The notes below the pieces were generated by a model. That model was not told the origin of the DNA, ran no database searches, and was given only the letters and a program-made list of their open reading frames with translations. Positions 61,571-64,000 of a stretch of DNA of 64,000 nucleotides are shown piece after piece. Source of the stretch: Flavobacteriales bacterium (GTDB taxonomy: Bacteria; Bacteroidota; Bacteroidia; Palsa-965); assembly GCA_040377305.1 (NCBI GenBank), contig JBEIPA010000009.1, positions 32,001 to 96,000 on the forward strand. Direction: 5' to 3'. A program made the translations under genes and the position numbers. Positions within the stretch are counted from its first letter, which is position 1, and every line of letters begins with the position of its first letter.

Positions 61571-61900
61571 ATGAGAGTGGTTAAAATAGCCGATATCGTA
61601 AAAGACGATCTCGCGATTTATCACGACGAGGGTTTGAGGGTTTATGAGTTTATGTCTCCTGCCTTGATTCGTGGGGAGAAAATCGAGATTTCTTTTGTGG
61701 GAACTGCGCGCTGTTCAACGCAATTTTTGAACGCGTCAATAGGCAAGCTGTATTTGGACTTTGATCCAAAGCAGGTGGATTCCCTAGTGTCTTACAACTA
61801 CGGCGAGGTCAATCTCCTCCGCGAAAAGATCGCGGAAGTGAAGGACAACGCAATCCATTCAAAGGATTACGATCAGTTCGTCGGGAATGCTTCTGCATAA
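61571..61900 (+). CDS. STAS-like (DUF4325) protein
   Basis: EG..VY...IEISFVG...STQFLNASIGKLY. Confidence 0.82.
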   Translation: MRVVKIADIVKDDLAIYHDEGLRVYEFMSPALIRGEKIEISFVGTARCSTQFLNASIGKLYLDFDPKQVDSLVSYNYGEVNLLREKIAEVKDNAIHSKDYDQFVGNASA

Positions 61901-61906
61901 CCAGTC

Positions 61907-62539
61907 GTGGCATATCACATTTCCCACCTGGATAATGTGACGCTGCAAAAACAGCAGTACTTTTTCGACGCCAATATGTGGATTAAACTCCTCAGGCCGC
62001 CATTTGATTTAACGCCGCGGGATAAAAAGTATTTGACTTTTTTTGAAAAGTTCAAGGGTAGCGCAGCCAATCCTAAGATTGCCGTGACTTCTCTTGTATT
62101 AAGCGAGGTTATCAATCGTATTATGCGTGAGGTTGCTATGCGAAAATACATTAAGGACAATGTCGTAGCGGAGAAGGACGTGGTGCCTGGCTACTACAAG
62201 CAGGTGTACCGCAAGACTGATCATTTCAAAGGTCAGTACGCACTGTTGTGTGATGATATCAAGGACTATCACAACAAGTACGAGTTCATTTCGGACTCAC
62301 TTGGTGACGGCATCAAAACGAAGGATATTCTCTCTAATCCTGCTCCGGGGCTCGACTTCAATGACGGCTACTATGTGTTGCTTGCAAAGCATTATGGATT
62401 TCCGATCGTCACAGATGATGGTGATTTCTTTGTTGAAGATGTACAAATCATGACGTACAACAACGCGCTCTATCAGAAGGGTAAGGATGCAATTGTGGTG
62501 AAACCAGCGACAGGTGAAGCACCTCCGGCGACCGCGTAG
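61907..62539 (+). CDS. PIN-domain (VapC-like) nuclease
   Basis: YFFDANMW, VLSEVINR, DFND and IVTDDGDF. Confidence 0.85.
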   Translation: MAYHISHLDNVTLQKQQYFFDANMWIKLLRPPFDLTPRDKKYLTFFEKFKGSAANPKIAVTSLVLSEVINRIMREVAMRKYIKDNVVAEKDVVPGYYKQVYRKTDHFKGQYALLCDDIKDYHNKYEFISDSLGDGIKTKDILSNPAPGLDFNDGYYVLLAKHYGFPIVTDDGDFFVEDVQIMTYNNALYQKGKDAIVVKPATGEAPPATA

Positions 62540-62542
62540 AAA

Positions 62543-62731
62543 TTACTCTTCGTGCGTCTGAAAAACGCGCTCTGCATCTTGAGGCAAAATCGCATCCATT
62601 ACCCATACAAACCCTAAGAGCTGAATAACATCTGTTTGTTCTCTTGTTCCTTTCGCATCAATATAATATGCGGTCGCAGATTTTATCAATGACATCCATT
62701 CGGCTATTTGTTTTGATGAATATGAAGTCAT
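62543..62731 (-). CDS. Small hypothetical protein
   Basis: ATGA overlap with the upstream ORF. Confidence 0.5.
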   Translation of the reverse strand: MTSYSSKQIAEWMSLIKSATAYYIDAKGTREQTDVIQLLGFVWVMDAILPQDAERVFQTHEE

Positions 62732-63516
62732 GTTTTTCTGGAGTTCCTATTAGCGTTTTTTACCAAAGGATGATTTCTCATGTATGTTTCTAGTAGTTGA
62801 TCTTGCATATAATTGAGCACCTTCTCCTTATTCTGAAAGTGAATTGATTTTAGGATTTGGTAGAAAAGGAGAGCAGACTGCTTCATCCAATTTCGACGCA
62901 TTTCATTTGTGAAATATATAAAAGATCGATGTCCGTGAAGTTTTGAATTGGGATATCGATAAACGTGCCCACGCATTCTAAAAAAACCGCGTCGAAATTG
63001 ATAGACAGTAAAACTCTGCACAGGATGACTCAAGGCATCTTCGGGCCAAACAAACTCATTGACGCTTGAAAAATCCTGCAGAGCATTCAAACGAATTGAT
63101 TTTTGTCCAGAAGGTCTAGGAAATACCTTGATAAATCCATCGAATGCAGCGTTGTTTGGATCGAGCGGAACTAAAAGTGAATTGTTGCGCTTAAGTTTCC
63201 CTACATTGATTTTGCTTCTAAGCATAAGTCTTGGTAACATTTGTTCGAAACCGGAGTTTTTCAATGCGACAAGCACGCGAGCGATGCTGTAGAAGGATAT
63301 TCTAAAGAATTGTTCGTGTCGTTTTGGATCACCTATTGGGAAGTTCTCATCAGTTCGATGAAAATCCAAAGTGCGATCATCGTTCCAGATGCGAATTGTA
63401 TAATGGACTTTCCCTCTCTCAAACTTGAAGACATACTTTTGCTTGGCAGTATCTTTATTGACCCAGAGAAAAAAAGCACTTAATAATTCTTGCAGGCGCT
63501 CGGTCTCAGATGCCAT
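62728..63516 (-). CDS. Hypothetical protein
   Basis: 262-aa ORF with no recognised motif. Confidence 0.65.
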   Translation of the reverse strand: MASETERLQELLSAFFLWVNKDTAKQKYVFKFERGKVHYTIRIWNDDRTLDFHRTDENFPIGDPKRHEQFFRISFYSIARVLVALKNSGFEQMLPRLMLRSKINVGKLKRNNSLLVPLDPNNAAFDGFIKVFPRPSGQKSIRLNALQDFSSVNEFVWPEDALSHPVQSFTVYQFRRGFFRMRGHVYRYPNSKLHGHRSFIYFTNEMRRNWMKQSALLFYQILKSIHFQNKEKVLNYMQDQLLETYMRNHPLVKNANRNSRKT

Positions 63517-63588
63517 GTGTCTGGATTGAGTAAAACTAAGATCGGATTGCGAATCGCGCCTACCCTCTTTGTATTTAGAGTGTATTTG

Positions 63589-63999
63589 TTAGTCGTGATA
63601 TAACAGACTATCTATACTTGAGCTTGGTGGGTATCCAACAAAGTTTTGACCCTGTCCATCACCCACTCGGTGGGTGTAAGTTCCCGGCGGCACCTGATTT
63701 TTGCCGTAGTACAGATATTGAGTATGGCTTGAATTATTAATCATGCTCGAAACAATTTTTCCCCGTCCGAAAGTTCTTAGAACCACTTCAACATTGCCGT
63801 TCACAATCGTTACCTGTACCGGCTTATCCTCGTAGGTTCCAGCATGTGACGCAACAGCTTGGCTCACGTGACCCCAAGCACCCGTTAAAGCTTGCGTTTC
63901 TTCGGCCTCTTCACACTTCTTTCCTGTTGGTTCCCAGCCACCGTCGTTGCAGACTAATTCAGACTTATTCGCGCATATCGTAGCGCCATGAGAATATGG
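63589..63999 (-). CDS. Hypothetical protein with a small Cys-containing domain (5' end outside window)
   Basis: The frame stays open upstream of the tracked start: ...PYSHGATICANKSELVCNDGGWEPTGKKC... Confidence 0.6.
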   Translation of the reverse strand, partial: PYSHGATICANKSELVCNDGGWEPTGKKCEEAEETQALTGAWGHVSQAVASHAGTYEDKPVQVTIVNGNVEVVLRTFGRGKIVSSMINNSSHTQYLYYGKNQVPPGTYTHRVGDGQGQNFVGYPPSSSIDSLLYHD

Positions 64000-64000
64000 T

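Larger units (their letters stand above)
22815..64000. mobile_element. Composite genomic island starting at the tRNA(CAT) locus and extending past the window end
   Basis: Starts at the broken tRNA. Contains two tyrosine recombinases, a relaxase and coupling protein, RM, Gabija-like and TA-like genes. No housekeeping gene was recognised afterwards. Confidence 0.85.

Overview
Bacteroidota-type chromosome (T9SS-sorted proteins, TAnnTTTG -7 promoter boxes). Bases 1 to ~22.7 kb are ordinary host genes: alpha-2-macroglobulin C-terminus, Na+/solute symporter, RsmB-type methyltransferase, typA, DnaJ-domain protein, DUF4139 protein, ABC substrate-binding protein, mce, HAD phosphatase, a peroxiredoxin fusion, PAS-PP2C and a metallophosphoesterase. 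At 22.77 kb the 5' half of a CAT-anticodon tRNA is followed about 110 bp later by a different, intact CAT tRNA (probably Ile2). A composite genomic island then runs to the window end. Its parts are: (i) a 23-32 kb block with canonical sigma70-like promoters, carrying HNH, HEPN-like, SymE, PaeR7I/XhoI-type RM, Dam-like, replication-HTH and tyrosine-integrase genes; (ii) T9SS and lipoprotein cargo; (iii) a repeat-rich segment; (iv) a Gabija-like pair preceded by a basic peptide, a Nal1-like trypsin protease, a stand-alone prodomain-like protein and a 195-aa unknown; (v) a co-oriented mobilisation operon (excisionase, integrase, three related small proteins, a TM/coiled-coil protein, a vWA-like protein, VirD4-like coupling protein, MobC-like protein, relaxase) with no VirB4 in the window; (vi) two paralogous regulators, a DUF5655-like protein and a GHKL-kinase/STAS/PIN triad. 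All family calls come from reading motifs by eye; no searches were run.
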